A stretch of DNA of 64,000 nt from an uncultured Methanosarcinales archaeon. Its GTDB lineage: Archaea; Nanobdellota; Nanobdellia; Woesearchaeales; UBA583. Within the stretch, counting starts at the first letter, position 1. Every line of letters begins with the position of its first letter. Location of the stretch: positions 218,124 through 282,123 of the forward strand of contig CAZULG010000001.1 in assembly GCA_964621065.1 (NCBI GenBank), in the 5' to 3' direction. The translations under genes and the position numbers were made by a program. The notes beneath the pieces are model-generated. The model was not told the DNA's origin, did not search any database, and saw only the letters and a list, made by a program, of their open reading frames with translations. Shown here one piece after another: positions 1 through 9,012 of the stretch.

Positions 1-36
1 TATATAATTCTTTTCTTCTTCATTATATTAAATGTA

Positions 37-1995
37 TTGGATTTTTTGGATTTATTTCCAATTATAACCTTTCTCTTCCCCGGAGATACAGACTTTTTCA
101 AAAAACTCATTTCGTGGGGAATTATTATATATTTGTTTTCAAATATAAGTTTAACTTCATTGCTCACAGGGTTTAAATCAAAAATATATGATCTTCTAAT
201 TCTCTTAGGTTCAAGCTTTATTGTGCTTCCATCACTGTTGATATTTTACATAAATTCAATTGATTTCAATAATTATTCAATATTTTCATTTATAATTAAT
301 ACTGAGTTTTTACAATTATTACAAGCTAATTCTCAAGTGTTCAATGTACTTGGAATAATTATTATTCTATTAGTTTCAGGACTTATATTTGTAAAACTAC
401 CCATTACTCAAGACTCTTTTATTGGTAGTGTATTAAACAATAAAGAATCTTACTTCTCTGAGTTATTTAAACTGTTTTTAATTATATTTTTTATTCTCTT
501 CTTCGCGTTCACCTATTTTAAATTTTTCATGGAGTGGTTTGCTCTTGCAGTCGATGCAATTTTATTAGTTATAGGTATGTTATATTATATCTACATTTAT
601 GTGTTTAAACATGAAAAAGAGCTTAAGTTAAACTCTTTTTTAAGAGATATTGTAAATACTGGGAACAATTTTTTCAAAGAATTACTCATTTATTTAAAAG
701 ATAAAAACACAATTCTCATCTCAATAGCCTTGCTTCTCTCAGCGCACCTTCTTGTTGATGTGGGAGTGTATATTATACCTTTTGCAACAGGAATTGATAA
801 TAGTTTATATGATGTATTAGATAATGATGAAACTCAAATCAAACCACTTTTTGGTGCGTCAAATTCTTGGCTTTCTCATCAATATCAAGAACTCTCAACA
901 AATCCCAATTTTCAAGAAATTGGTTTGAATTTAGACACACTTATTCTTTATCTCATACTGTTTTTAGAAATTATGTTGTATTGTATTAATATTTTAGTGT
1001 TTTCAATACTTCTCATTATGCCATTTATTTTAATTTATTTTTACTTGAAAAAAGATGTATTTATACCTTCAAAATTAAATATTATTCTCATTCTCTCAAT
1101 GGTAACTTTGCAATTATTTTTACTCTCATCTCCAATTTTAAATAATGCGATTCAATTTTCTATTTTAAATTCTCAAGATACTCAAGGAATTGTATTCATA
1201 ACACAGGGATTGTTTGAAAATCTAGGCTCAGTTAGTGTGAGTGAGATTTTGTATACAATTTTCTCATTTTTTGTAGCAGCAGGATTTATTGTTGCAATGT
1301 TATATTTAAAATATGAAAAATATAGACAGTTTTGGGTCTCAATTTATTATATTGTAATTCTTGTATTTTTCTTACTCTACTCAACAATTTTTGCGCAGAG
1401 TTACATAACATCTCAATATTCAAATTATTTTTCAAGTTCAGATAGTTTAAATTTTGATGAACAATTATATAAACACTCAGATGATTACAAGTTGTATTCA
1501 AGACTCATTTCTTCAAATAATTCTGTAGAGAGTATTTCATTGAGAAATTTGACAGTTAAAGAGAGTCGAGTTGAAAGTGATTTATATATTACTTCCTACA
1601 TAGAGGATGTGAATTTTGATATTATTGGAATACAAATTAATACTCAAGAAGATTTTGCATCTACATTTAATTTAAAATCGTCACAACATAATAATGTTAT
1701 AACTAGTGTATACAATTACTCTTATTTACTCAATCAATCTGAGATTGAGGAGATATTTATAATACTCACAATCCCTCAAAATAAAACTACTGAGTTTGTA
1801 GATTTAAATCAAAGAATTATGAACTCTCAAAATCTAGATTTTCTATCTTCTAAATCTTCTAATGAATTTTCAATAGGAAGAGTCTCTTCTTTATTAATTA
1901 CAACAATAATTTCAATTTTTTATATTGCTGGATTAATTGGATATGCTCTACTGTATAGATACATGCTCAACGAATTAAAACGAAAGATATTTTAA
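37..1995 (+). CDS. polytopic integral membrane protein, function unknown (5' end uncertain)
   Basis: 652-codon ORF with many hydrophobic helices (e.g. IIIYLFSNISLTSLLTGF, ILLIMPFILIYFYL), a Ser/Asn-rich soluble stretch and a C-terminal anchor helix. The listed start is TTG and the frame stays open to base 1, so the gene may begin upstream of the window. Confidence 0.55.
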   Translation: MDFLDLFPIITFLFPGDTDFFKKLISWGIIIYLFSNISLTSLLTGFKSKIYDLLILLGSSFIVLPSLLIFYINSIDFNNYSIFSFIINTEFLQLLQANSQVFNVLGIIIILLVSGLIFVKLPITQDSFIGSVLNNKESYFSELFKLFLIIFFILFFAFTYFKFFMEWFALAVDAILLVIGMLYYIYIYVFKHEKELKLNSFLRDIVNTGNNFFKELLIYLKDKNTILISIALLLSAHLLVDVGVYIIPFATGIDNSLYDVLDNDETQIKPLFGASNSWLSHQYQELSTNPNFQEIGLNLDTLILYLILFLEIMLYCINILVFSILLIMPFILIYFYLKKDVFIPSKLNIILILSMVTLQLFLLSSPILNNAIQFSILNSQDTQGIVFITQGLFENLGSVSVSEILYTIFSFFVAAGFIVAMLYLKYEKYRQFWVSIYYIVILVFFLLYSTIFAQSYITSQYSNYFSSSDSLNFDEQLYKHSDDYKLYSRLISSNNSVESISLRNLTVKESRVESDLYITSYIEDVNFDIIGIQINTQEDFASTFNLKSSQHNNVITSVYNYSYLLNQSEIEEIFIILTIPQNKTTEFVDLNQRIMNSQNLDFLSSKSSNEFSIGRVSSLLITTIISIFYIAGLIGYALLYRYMLNELKRKIF

Positions 1996-2017
1996 AGTAC
2001 ATTGTATTTAATTAATT

Positions 2018-3052
2018 ATGAAGCAACTTAAATCTAAATCTAAAAATTATGATGAATATTTGATAGAATCATTTGATGACTTGTGGGTTCTCTCAAAATA
2101 TCTTCAACACAACGATGTAATATTTTCAAAAACTCAGCGAAAAGTTGCAATAGGAAGTGGTGAGAAAACAAAACAGACTACAAAAATTATTGTGGTTGAA
2201 TTACGTGTTCAACGAGTTGAATTACAATCAAATCAGTTGCGTGTGAGCGGAGAGATTATCAATGAGAATGAATTTGTATCAGTTGGTTCTCATCATTCAT
2301 TGAGTTATGAAATAGGAGATTCAATTGAAATTAATAATTCAAATACAGCTCCAACTAAACCAGAATATGTTCATTCATTACTCAATAATGCGCTCAAATC
2401 AACAAAACATAAATTTCTCATTATCTTGTGCGATGTAGATAGTATTATTGTAAGTAAATGTAGTCTATATTCTCTTGATATTATTATAGAACAATCAAGA
2501 ATTGGTTCAAAAAAATATTTTTCAACACAAAAACAAATTTCAGGAGTTGAAGAAATGGCTCTTATTCTTCAAGATATTCAGCTTCAAGAGTACCAATTTA
2601 TCGTATTTGCAGGACCGGGGAATTATAAAACTGACTTGAAACAACTTGTTGAAAAACAATTCTCAAATCTTCAAACATATATTGTCTCAACCATTGATGC
2701 AGAGCGCTCAACACTCACAACTGTAATTGATTATTTAAAAGAACACTCAATCATTGAAGAAAACGAGAATGTAGAACTATCTAAAAAAATAAATGATTTT
2801 ATGCAAAAATTACATAATAATTCACAATTAGTGTCATATGGAGAAGATAGTGTTATTTCATCAATAGAGCAAGGAGCAGTTGATATTGCAATATTTAGTG
2901 AAGAGAAATATGATGAGATGCATGAGAGAAACTTAAACTCACTACTGCTTCTTGAAAAAATGAAAGGGGATGTATCAATTGTCCCAAGATCTTCAAAATA
3001 TCACTCAATTATTAATGGTCTTGGGGGAATAATTGCTCTTTTAAGGTTCTAA
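2018..3052 (+). CDS. pelA: Pelota / Dom34 homologue (archaeal mRNA surveillance, ribosome rescue)
   Basis: 344 aa. The N-terminal signature ESFDDLWVLSKYLQHNDVIFSKTQRKV followed by LRVSGEI is typical of the aPelota Sm-like domain. Length and the eRF1-like central and C-terminal parts fit. Confidence 0.85.
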   Translation: MKQLKSKSKNYDEYLIESFDDLWVLSKYLQHNDVIFSKTQRKVAIGSGEKTKQTTKIIVVELRVQRVELQSNQLRVSGEIINENEFVSVGSHHSLSYEIGDSIEINNSNTAPTKPEYVHSLLNNALKSTKHKFLIILCDVDSIIVSKCSLYSLDIIIEQSRIGSKKYFSTQKQISGVEEMALILQDIQLQEYQFIVFAGPGNYKTDLKQLVEKQFSNLQTYIVSTIDAERSTLTTVIDYLKEHSIIEENENVELSKKINDFMQKLHNNSQLVSYGEDSVISSIEQGAVDIAIFSEEKYDEMHERNLNSLLLLEKMKGDVSIVPRSSKYHSIINGLGGIIALLRF

Positions 3053-3080
3053 ATAATTGTCGTTGCTAAGGGTATAACAC

Positions 3081-3094
3081 AAATATTTAAAATA
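3081..3094 (+). promoter_or_regulatory. TATA-like box upstream of the rubredoxin gene
   Basis: aaatatttaaaata is centred about 30 nt upstream of the ATG at 3117. The same spacing recurs at many genes in the window. Confidence 0.45.
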
Positions 3095-3116
3095 GACTTT
3101 TTGATACAAATATTAC

Positions 3117-3290
3117 ATGGCAAAATGGGAATGTTTAGTATGTGGATACATATATGATGAAGCTGAAGGAGATCCAGATTCAGGAATTGAAGCAGGAACA
3201 AAATTTGAAGATATTGATGACGATTGGGCGTGTCCTGAATGTGGAGCAAGAAAAGGAGATCCAGAGAACTGGAGAAAAATGGAAGAGTAA
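3117..3290 (+). CDS. rub: rubredoxin (57 aa), absent from the ORF track
   Basis: Hand translation gives [57 protein letters not shown]. Both CxxCG knuckles and the YxYD, GT.FED and DDW.CP.CG spacing of rubredoxins are present. It starts with ATG and ends with TAA. Confidence 0.92.
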   Translation: MAKWECLVCGYIYDEAEGDPDSGIEAGTKFEDIDDDWACPECGARKGDPENWRKMEE

Positions 3291-3356
3291 TTAACTACTC
3301 GTTTATTTATAATATAAAAACTTATTTTATTTATCAAATAAAAATTTAAATTATAT

Positions 3357-3809
3357 TTAATCAAAAATTGAGATTTTTCTCTCAATATTTATACAATTCA
3401 ACCCAGAATCATATTCTATGTAATCGATATTTTCTAAGACTACAGAATAGTTATCACAAAACGGAGCTTGATGTTGATAAAAATAGGCAAAATTAGAAGT
3501 TTCAAATGAACTAATATGGTTATCAGTTCTTAAAACTACTTCAGAATTTGTAAATGTTTGAGTCGTGTTAAAATCTATTTGAGAGTTAGGTTGTTCAAAA
3601 ACTTGTAAAAATAATCCAACATATTCTAAATTATTTGTTTGAAACTCGAATTTACTATTGCTTCTCTCAAGATTATTTGAAATATCTTGGCTGTATAAAA
3701 ATGTAGCACTAAATATAGTTAATGATAAAAATAAGTAAAATAGATAAGAAAATAATAAACTTTGAGCTCGTTTATTACATGAAAAAAAGAATAAATTATT
3801 TTTTTTCAT
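3357..3809 (-). CDS. small secreted or membrane-anchored protein, unknown function, downstream partner of a pilin gene
   Basis: 150 aa with an N-terminal hydrophobic segment (LLFSYLFYLFLSLTIFSATFLY) and a Asn/Ser/Thr-rich body. It starts 22 nt after the upstream pilin gene on the same strand. Confidence 0.5.
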   Translation of the reverse strand: MKKNNLFFFSCNKRAQSLLFSYLFYLFLSLTIFSATFLYSQDISNNLERSNSKFEFQTNNLEYVGLFLQVFEQPNSQIDFNTTQTFTNSEVVLRTDNHISSFETSNFAYFYQHQAPFCDNYSVVLENIDYIEYDSGLNCINIERKISIFD

Positions 3810-3831
3810 ATTCTAATTATTTATTGTAAGA

Positions 3832-4284
3832 TTAACTATATCTTACTCCACCAACTTCAACAGTTGAATCTCCAATTAATAAAACATCATATCTAGAACC
3901 TGAGTTTAATACTACAGGAGGATCACAATCTCCTCCTAAATCAACTCTTGTACTTGTACTTTGATTAACTTGTAAATCTGAACTTAAAATACACTCTTCA
4001 TTACCTGAGGGTCCTCTAAATATAACTTCAGTGAAATTATAACTACTTTGCTCAAAGTCAATAGCTCCAATATTCATTGTTGAGTTACCATTTCCTCCTT
4101 CATAGAGTGAAATTTTTCCTCCAAATTGCAAACTTAATGTTTGATCTCCTTGAATACTCTCATATGTGTCCTGAGTATATGAACTTAGGAATTGATATAC
4201 TCCCACTGCAATAATCACTGTAATTGCTAATAATAAAATTGTTGCAATAACAGGACTGATACCTTTTTTATTAAAATTTATCAT
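3832..4284 (-). CDS. archaeal type IV pilin-like protein (class III signal peptide, Pilin_N/PF07790-like)
   Basis: The N-terminus MINFNKKGISPVIATILLLAITVIIAVGVYQF matches the KG-ISPVIAT-hydrophobic helix signature of archaeal prepilins. The body is Ser/Gly-rich and beta-like. Confidence 0.75.
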   Translation of the reverse strand: MINFNKKGISPVIATILLLAITVIIAVGVYQFLSSYTQDTYESIQGDQTLSLQFGGKISLYEGGNGNSTMNIGAIDFEQSSYNFTEVIFRGPSGNEECILSSDLQVNQSTSTRVDLGGDCDPPVVLNSGSRYDVLLIGDSTVEVGGVRYS

Positions 4285-4367
4285 GTAATTACATAATACC
4301 CAAATAATATTTATACTTTTGTTGTCACTATTAGATGGACTATTAAATGAAATTTAGATTATATAAT

Positions 4368-5780
4368 TTAACTCTTCAAGTTGTTTATTTTCTCAACAAG
4401 CTCTTGAGCCCATTCCTCTTCACAATAACCATTTGGCATGAGCACATGATTATTTTCTGCAAATTCTCCGTAACTAATTAAAATATCGCCTAAATGGATG
4501 ATTTGTTCTACTTCATTTTTATACTTGCGAGCCATCTCAACAGTTTCAAGTTTAATAACTTCTCCTGATTTTAATCGAACAATTGGTGGTTCAATACTAT
4601 CGCACGCAGTAATTACAGTCGCCTTTCCGGGTCTTTCTATTTTAAGTTGAGTTCCTACTGCAATAAAATCATTCAATATCTCAAGAGTTTGCGCAGATAC
4701 TGCAGTGCTTGCAAATCCAGAGGTTCGTGAACGACCATAACGAAGTCTAAACCCACCTTTTGTCATTGGAAATGTGAAAATAGGTCTTCCTGCAACAGTG
4801 TCTTCCATAAATTTGTAATTTGGAAGTACTTTGGGTTTTGAAGAATCTTCATCTTTTTTAGTAGTTTTTTTTTTACTCTCAGATGAATTTTGAGATTTGA
4901 TTTTTTTTTGTAAATCTAAGAACTCTTTTAAAAATAACCACTGCTCCATTCCAAAATCTTTTCCCCACTCCTCAATTCGCTTATTAACTTTAGGCGCTTT
5001 TTGAATTAAACACTCTCCAAGTACTAAACACATTCCACCTCTGATTTTATTAGTATTCATTCGAGGAAGATCTTTATAATTACTCACTTCTAATTTTTCT
5101 GTAGGATCGCCTGTGAGCTCTATTGGAATTTTTTCAATTAAAAACGCAGTTTCTTGCTCACTTGGACAATACTGCAAACGAACACATCTATCATTGTAAT
5201 CCATCAACTCAGCGTGGAATCGTTTTTGCTCTATCTCATCAGGATCATATTCCTTGTATCCCATTTTTTTTCGAACATAATCTCCAAGTAATACAACTAC
5301 TGCTCCTGCAGTTCCACCTGCTGCTCGAATTGGACCCGCAAAAGACATCGCTAAATATTCATCTCCATCTCTTCGTTTTTTAATTTCAAATCCAATAAAT
5401 CCTTCAAGCGGAGCTGATACAACTCCTAGAGTCAAATATGCAAATCCTACACGAACTCCAATTTCAAGTGCTTCTTTTTTATCTCTAAACTCACAAAAAT
5501 CTCCTCTTGCTACTTCATAAGATATACTCATACCAACTCTCCAATCAAGTTTTGCATATTCTCCTTCCAAATCTTGAATTCTCTTAGCAATTCCACTACC
5601 TAATAATTGAGGAGCAGCAACTGAAATCAAACCTTCTACTCGCTCAGAAATATCACGTGCAAGAGGCATTTCAACAGCTGAAACAGGGTCATATCCTCGT
5701 TTTCTCGCTCGTTTTGCAATAGTATATGCTTCATCAATTTTAAAATCTAAATACTCAAAATACTTCTCAATTTTACCCAT
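4368..5780 (-). CDS. polC: DNA polymerase II (PolD) large subunit DP2, N-terminal about 470 aa only
   Basis: Collinear by eye with the first about 480 residues of Pyrococcus DP2: MGKIEKYFEYL..IDEAYTIAKRARKRGYDP, FAGPIRAAGGTAGAVVVLLGDYVRKKMG, GGFRLRYGRSRTSGFA, LGDILISYGEFAENNHVLMPNGYCEEEW. It then stops at ...LVEKINNLKS*. The catalytic remainder is not downstream, where the promoter of the pilin gene follows. Confidence 0.85.
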   Translation of the reverse strand: MGKIEKYFEYLDFKIDEAYTIAKRARKRGYDPVSAVEMPLARDISERVEGLISVAAPQLLGSGIAKRIQDLEGEYAKLDWRVGMSISYEVARGDFCEFRDKKEALEIGVRVGFAYLTLGVVSAPLEGFIGFEIKKRRDGDEYLAMSFAGPIRAAGGTAGAVVVLLGDYVRKKMGYKEYDPDEIEQKRFHAELMDYNDRCVRLQYCPSEQETAFLIEKIPIELTGDPTEKLEVSNYKDLPRMNTNKIRGGMCLVLGECLIQKAPKVNKRIEEWGKDFGMEQWLFLKEFLDLQKKIKSQNSSESKKKTTKKDEDSSKPKVLPNYKFMEDTVAGRPIFTFPMTKGGFRLRYGRSRTSGFASTAVSAQTLEILNDFIAVGTQLKIERPGKATVITACDSIEPPIVRLKSGEVIKLETVEMARKYKNEVEQIIHLGDILISYGEFAENNHVLMPNGYCEEEWAQELVEKINNLKS

Positions 5781-5879
5781 ACTATTTTTAATAAATTCTT
5801 CTTTAAATAATTAACTTATATTATAGCTCCGTTTAAAATTAGGCAAAAATCACAAATATTTCTTAATCTAAATATTTTT

Positions 5880-6300
5880 CATATAATAACTCAATAATTT
5901 TTATTGAAAAATATTGAGCCAAAAAGAAATTATTCTTTTATATGATATAAAATTAAACACCATGCTACTCCTCTATTGTTCATTTCTTATAATTTACTTC
6001 TCAAAGAAGTAAATTGTATCTTTTTAAGAACAGAATTGAGAGTTTCAACAAGACTCCTTTTGCTCTAATGAGTTTATGTAAAGGCCCACTATCCTTTAAA
6101 ATAATCTAAAAATTCTCTTAGAAATTTTTTTAGAATAAAAATAAACTATGATTACAGCAACTCTTTAATAATTATTAAGGTGTTTATAACCTGTTTTAAT
6201 GAAGTGCTATGGTAGTGCCATTGAATTGCAAACTTTAAGAATTTGCTCATGCAAATTATCATAGAATTGTGTTCTTAACATCATTAATTTTACCTGATTA
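5880..6300 (-). mobile_element. decayed DDE-transposase remnant (left copy, multiple stops and frameshifts)
   Basis: The region has no intact ORF. Minus-strand frames give PLHKLIRAK / SKRSLVETLNSVLKKIQFTSLRSKL* (5987-6064). This parallels YSLRNNVEAVFSSLKKIPLKRINSKQ of the ORF at 7910-8188, the Y..R..VE..F..LK block around the catalytic Glu of IS4/IS5-type DDE transposases. Confidence 0.35.
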
Positions 6301-6374
6301 AAATTTTTGAACTCTGAATGAGGCTAAAATTATGACTAAAATATAAAAATTAACTAAAATAAGTTTTAATAAAC

Positions 6375-6905
6375 TTATTTCCCTCTAACATCTACATCTT
6401 CAGGAGATTCTTCGTGATCAGGATGAGAACCATCTTCACCATGAACATGTCCATGTTCTAATTCGCTTTGTGTAGCATCTCGAATATCCATAATTTCTAC
6501 CTCAAAATTGAGAGTTTTTCCTGCTAGAGGATGATTAAAATCAATTACTACTGTTTCATCTTTGATATCTGATACTTGAACAGGAATTGGTCCTTGAGGT
6601 CCTTGAGCTGCAAGTTGCATTCCAACTTCTACTTCAACATCTTGAGGAAGCTGAGATCTTGGAACTTCTTGCATAGCTTCATCTGATTTTTCACCATATG
6701 CTTTTTTAGGAGAAATTTTTTCAATTTTTTTCTTATCTCCAACTTTTAATCCATCAATTCCTTCTTCAAGTCCAGGAATTATTTGTCCTACACCATAAAT
6801 AAATTGAAGTGGTTCTTTTCCTTCGCTGGAGTCAAAAACTGACCCATCTTCAAACGTTCCTGTATAATGTAGTGAGACTACTTTTTCTTTTTCAACCGTA
6901 CTCAT
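6375..6905 (-). CDS. slyD: FKBP-type peptidyl-prolyl cis-trans isomerase, SlyD-like
   Basis: 176 aa. It has VSLHYTGTFEDGSVFDSS...LQFIYGVGQIIPGLEEGIDGLKVGDKK, an inserted flap region, NHPLAGKTLNFEVEI and a His/Asp/Glu-rich tail HGHVHGEDGSHPDHEE. Confidence 0.85.
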   Translation of the reverse strand: MSTVEKEKVVSLHYTGTFEDGSVFDSSEGKEPLQFIYGVGQIIPGLEEGIDGLKVGDKKKIEKISPKKAYGEKSDEAMQEVPRSQLPQDVEVEVGMQLAAQGPQGPIPVQVSDIKDETVVIDFNHPLAGKTLNFEVEIMDIRDATQSELEHGHVHGEDGSHPDHEESPEDVDVRGK

Positions 6906-7064
6906 TTTTTATTATAATTCATTTTTGTAAGAATATTATCAACAATATACTTAAGGTGAATTAACCTTACTTTAATTAAGAAATAAACACTTATAAAATT
7001 AATTGTTAGCGCAAAAAGAACTTTTCTAGAATTGAAATATTTGAACTTATTAAAATTAAATTTT

Positions 7065-7454
7065 TTATCCAACATTCACGTCTAGAATAATGACGCCTGC
7101 CTCATCAAATTCAACAAGTAATCGCTGCTTTGAAGGCCCATCTCTACACGTAGATATATCTAAATCTAGAGTTTTACTAGAATAAACACCTAAATTCCCT
7201 GCACATTCTTGTTCACCTAATGTTACGGATGTCACATTTAAATTATTTAAATTAGTTTGTAGATATAATGTATTATCAACAATTCCAACAACTTTTGTTG
7301 CAAACGAATTTTCTAATTCTTCTGTTGGTACACCCCTTAGAGTTGATTGATTAAAATTGTCTACGAATAAAAACAAACCAACAGCTACTATTACAACTGT
7401 TGCAGACATAAGTAGAGTTGAAATAATAGGAGAGATGGATTTTTTACTTTGCAT
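7065..7454 (-). CDS. archaeal type IV pilin-like protein (class III signal peptide)
   Basis: The N-terminus MQSKKSISPIISTLLMSATVVIVAVGLFLF has the same KK-ISP-I-hydrophobic helix pattern as 3832-4284. Length is 129 aa. Confidence 0.7.
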   Translation of the reverse strand: MQSKKSISPIISTLLMSATVVIVAVGLFLFVDNFNQSTLRGVPTEELENSFATKVVGIVDNTLYLQTNLNNLNVTSVTLGEQECAGNLGVYSSKTLDLDISTCRDGPSKQRLLVEFDEAGVIILDVNVG

Positions 7455-7541
7455 ATTATATTTGAATAAAAATAATTTATAAACATTTGTATTCTTTGGC
7501 TCTGTCCCAAGTTTTAAATACTATTATTTTCTATTACTAAT

Positions 7542-8188
7542 ATGGTAAGACAAATGGTTTTATACGAGTTTCTTCCACAGAAGAAACGCACATATAAAGA
7601 TGTGTTATTTGAAACTCTCCTTGGCTTAAATTTACTAAAATACTCCAATACTACTGATAACAAAAAATTTAGCACCTCTTAAAAATTAGCACTCATTATT
7701 CTCTAATTTAAATCTAACGCCTCTTTAAGAGAATTTTGTTCAAAATTGAACACTAATTCTTTGTAGTATCAAGATATTGAATTAAAATATCTAATTACAA
7801 AATCCTCTCTTCATAAATAGATTACTCAATTCGTCCACTCTCTTCTCAAAGCAATACTTGATGAAAGAAATTCAGGAGAAAATCCAAGTATTTTTGGTTA
7901 TTTACTAAAATGGGAGAACTAAACAACACATTTGTTGTTCCTCCTATTAATAGAGGAGAAAATTGTCTTCATAATCGAATTGTTAGAAAACAATTTCAAA
8001 ACACATACTATGAACATCAACATCCATATTCGTTAAGAAATAATGTAGAAGCAGTATTCTCTTCTTTGAAGAAAATTCCGCTTAAAAGGATTAATTCAAA
8101 ACAGTGTATGAGTAAAAAAAGAGAAGTTATAATTAAAATTATAATATATAATTTGAAAAAATATCTTGCTTATTATTTTGATAATTAA
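7542..8188 (+). mobile_element. decayed DDE-transposase remnant (right copy); only the C-terminal 92 codons are still open
   Basis: The ORF at 7910-8188 ends with HPYSLRNNVEAVFSSLKKIPLKRINSKQCMSKKREVIIKIIIYNLKK, a DDE_Tnp_1-like C-terminal block with the catalytic Glu. Upstream fragments lie in other frames (MVRQMVLYEFLPQKKRTYKDVLFETLLGLNLL at 7542-7682; IDYSIRPLSS), interrupted by stops. Confidence 0.4.
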
Positions 8189-8328
8189 AATATGTTCAAA
8201 TATAACATTTCATCTATAATAATTTAAAAATTATTTCTAAATTATTACTTTGAATTTGTCCAATGGAACAAATTCCCAAACTTCAATAGTTTTATAAATC
8301 TAGAAATACTACGATATATAGAAAAAAA

Positions 8329-8961
8329 ATGATATATACTGAATTATATAAACCAGAAAGCGTTCAAGAATTAATGGTCGGGATGTATGTGAAAGGCATC
8401 TCTGAAACGTTAATCCGTGACATAAGAAAACAAAATGATAGTATTTCTCCTGCAGAGAATTCAAAGTTAGAAAATGTGATTTATGGAATGGCTCAAAGCT
8501 ATGTTACTTCTGCTATTGAAGAAGGACCTATGGGAATTATCGCAAATGATGTTAATTTAAAAATAGAAAGAAGTGGAAAGAAACTTGAAGATTTATTGAA
8601 TCAAGAAGAAGGTGGTGTGTTTCTTGATAAAATGATTAGAGATTCTTCTAAAAGATATGGAGAAGGTCTGGAGGGTTCTGAAATTTTCATGACTAACTAC
8701 ATTTTAGCAGCAGATACAGCAAAAGAGTCAAGTTTAGCTAGAATTTATGAAGCAAATCCTGAAATTACAAGGAAAGGACAAGAATTTATTGAGGGGACTC
8801 ATGAGGCAATGAAATATTTAATGAAACAAGCAGGGGCGCAACAAGCTCAAATGATATTTGGTCAATTGCCTACTGCATATCAACATCTCCTCCAATCACC
8901 AAATAATGATAATTCCGCTCCAGCTGGGTATAGCACATCTTCAGATGATAAAGCAGCATAG
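8329..8961 (+). CDS. hypothetical cytoplasmic protein
   Basis: 210-aa ORF with a TATA-like agttttataaatc about 35 nt upstream. It is first of three closely spaced same-strand genes. No motif recognised. Confidence 0.5.
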   Translation: MIYTELYKPESVQELMVGMYVKGISETLIRDIRKQNDSISPAENSKLENVIYGMAQSYVTSAIEEGPMGIIANDVNLKIERSGKKLEDLLNQEEGGVFLDKMIRDSSKRYGEGLEGSEIFMTNYILAADTAKESSLARIYEANPEITRKGQEFIEGTHEAMKYLMKQAGAQQAQMIFGQLPTAYQHLLQSPNNDNSAPAGYSTSSDDKAA

Positions 8962-9012
8962 ATTTAAATATTAACCTCATTCTTTTTAAATTATTAATTA
9001 TTTAACATTTAT

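Noticed and set aside
3049-3385. Two minus-strand track ORFs (66 aa and 90 aa) between pelota and the pilin operon
   Set aside because: They are antisense to a canonical rubredoxin reading frame (3117-3290, + strand). Their translations are low-complexity with no motif, so I treat them as shadows of the real gene.
5781-8328. The inverted IS remnants considered as an active composite transposon carrying slyD and a pilin gene
   Set aside because: Both transposase copies are shattered by stops. I found no convincing terminal inverted repeats or target-site duplications. The element cannot be active, so it is reported only as a rearrangement scar.
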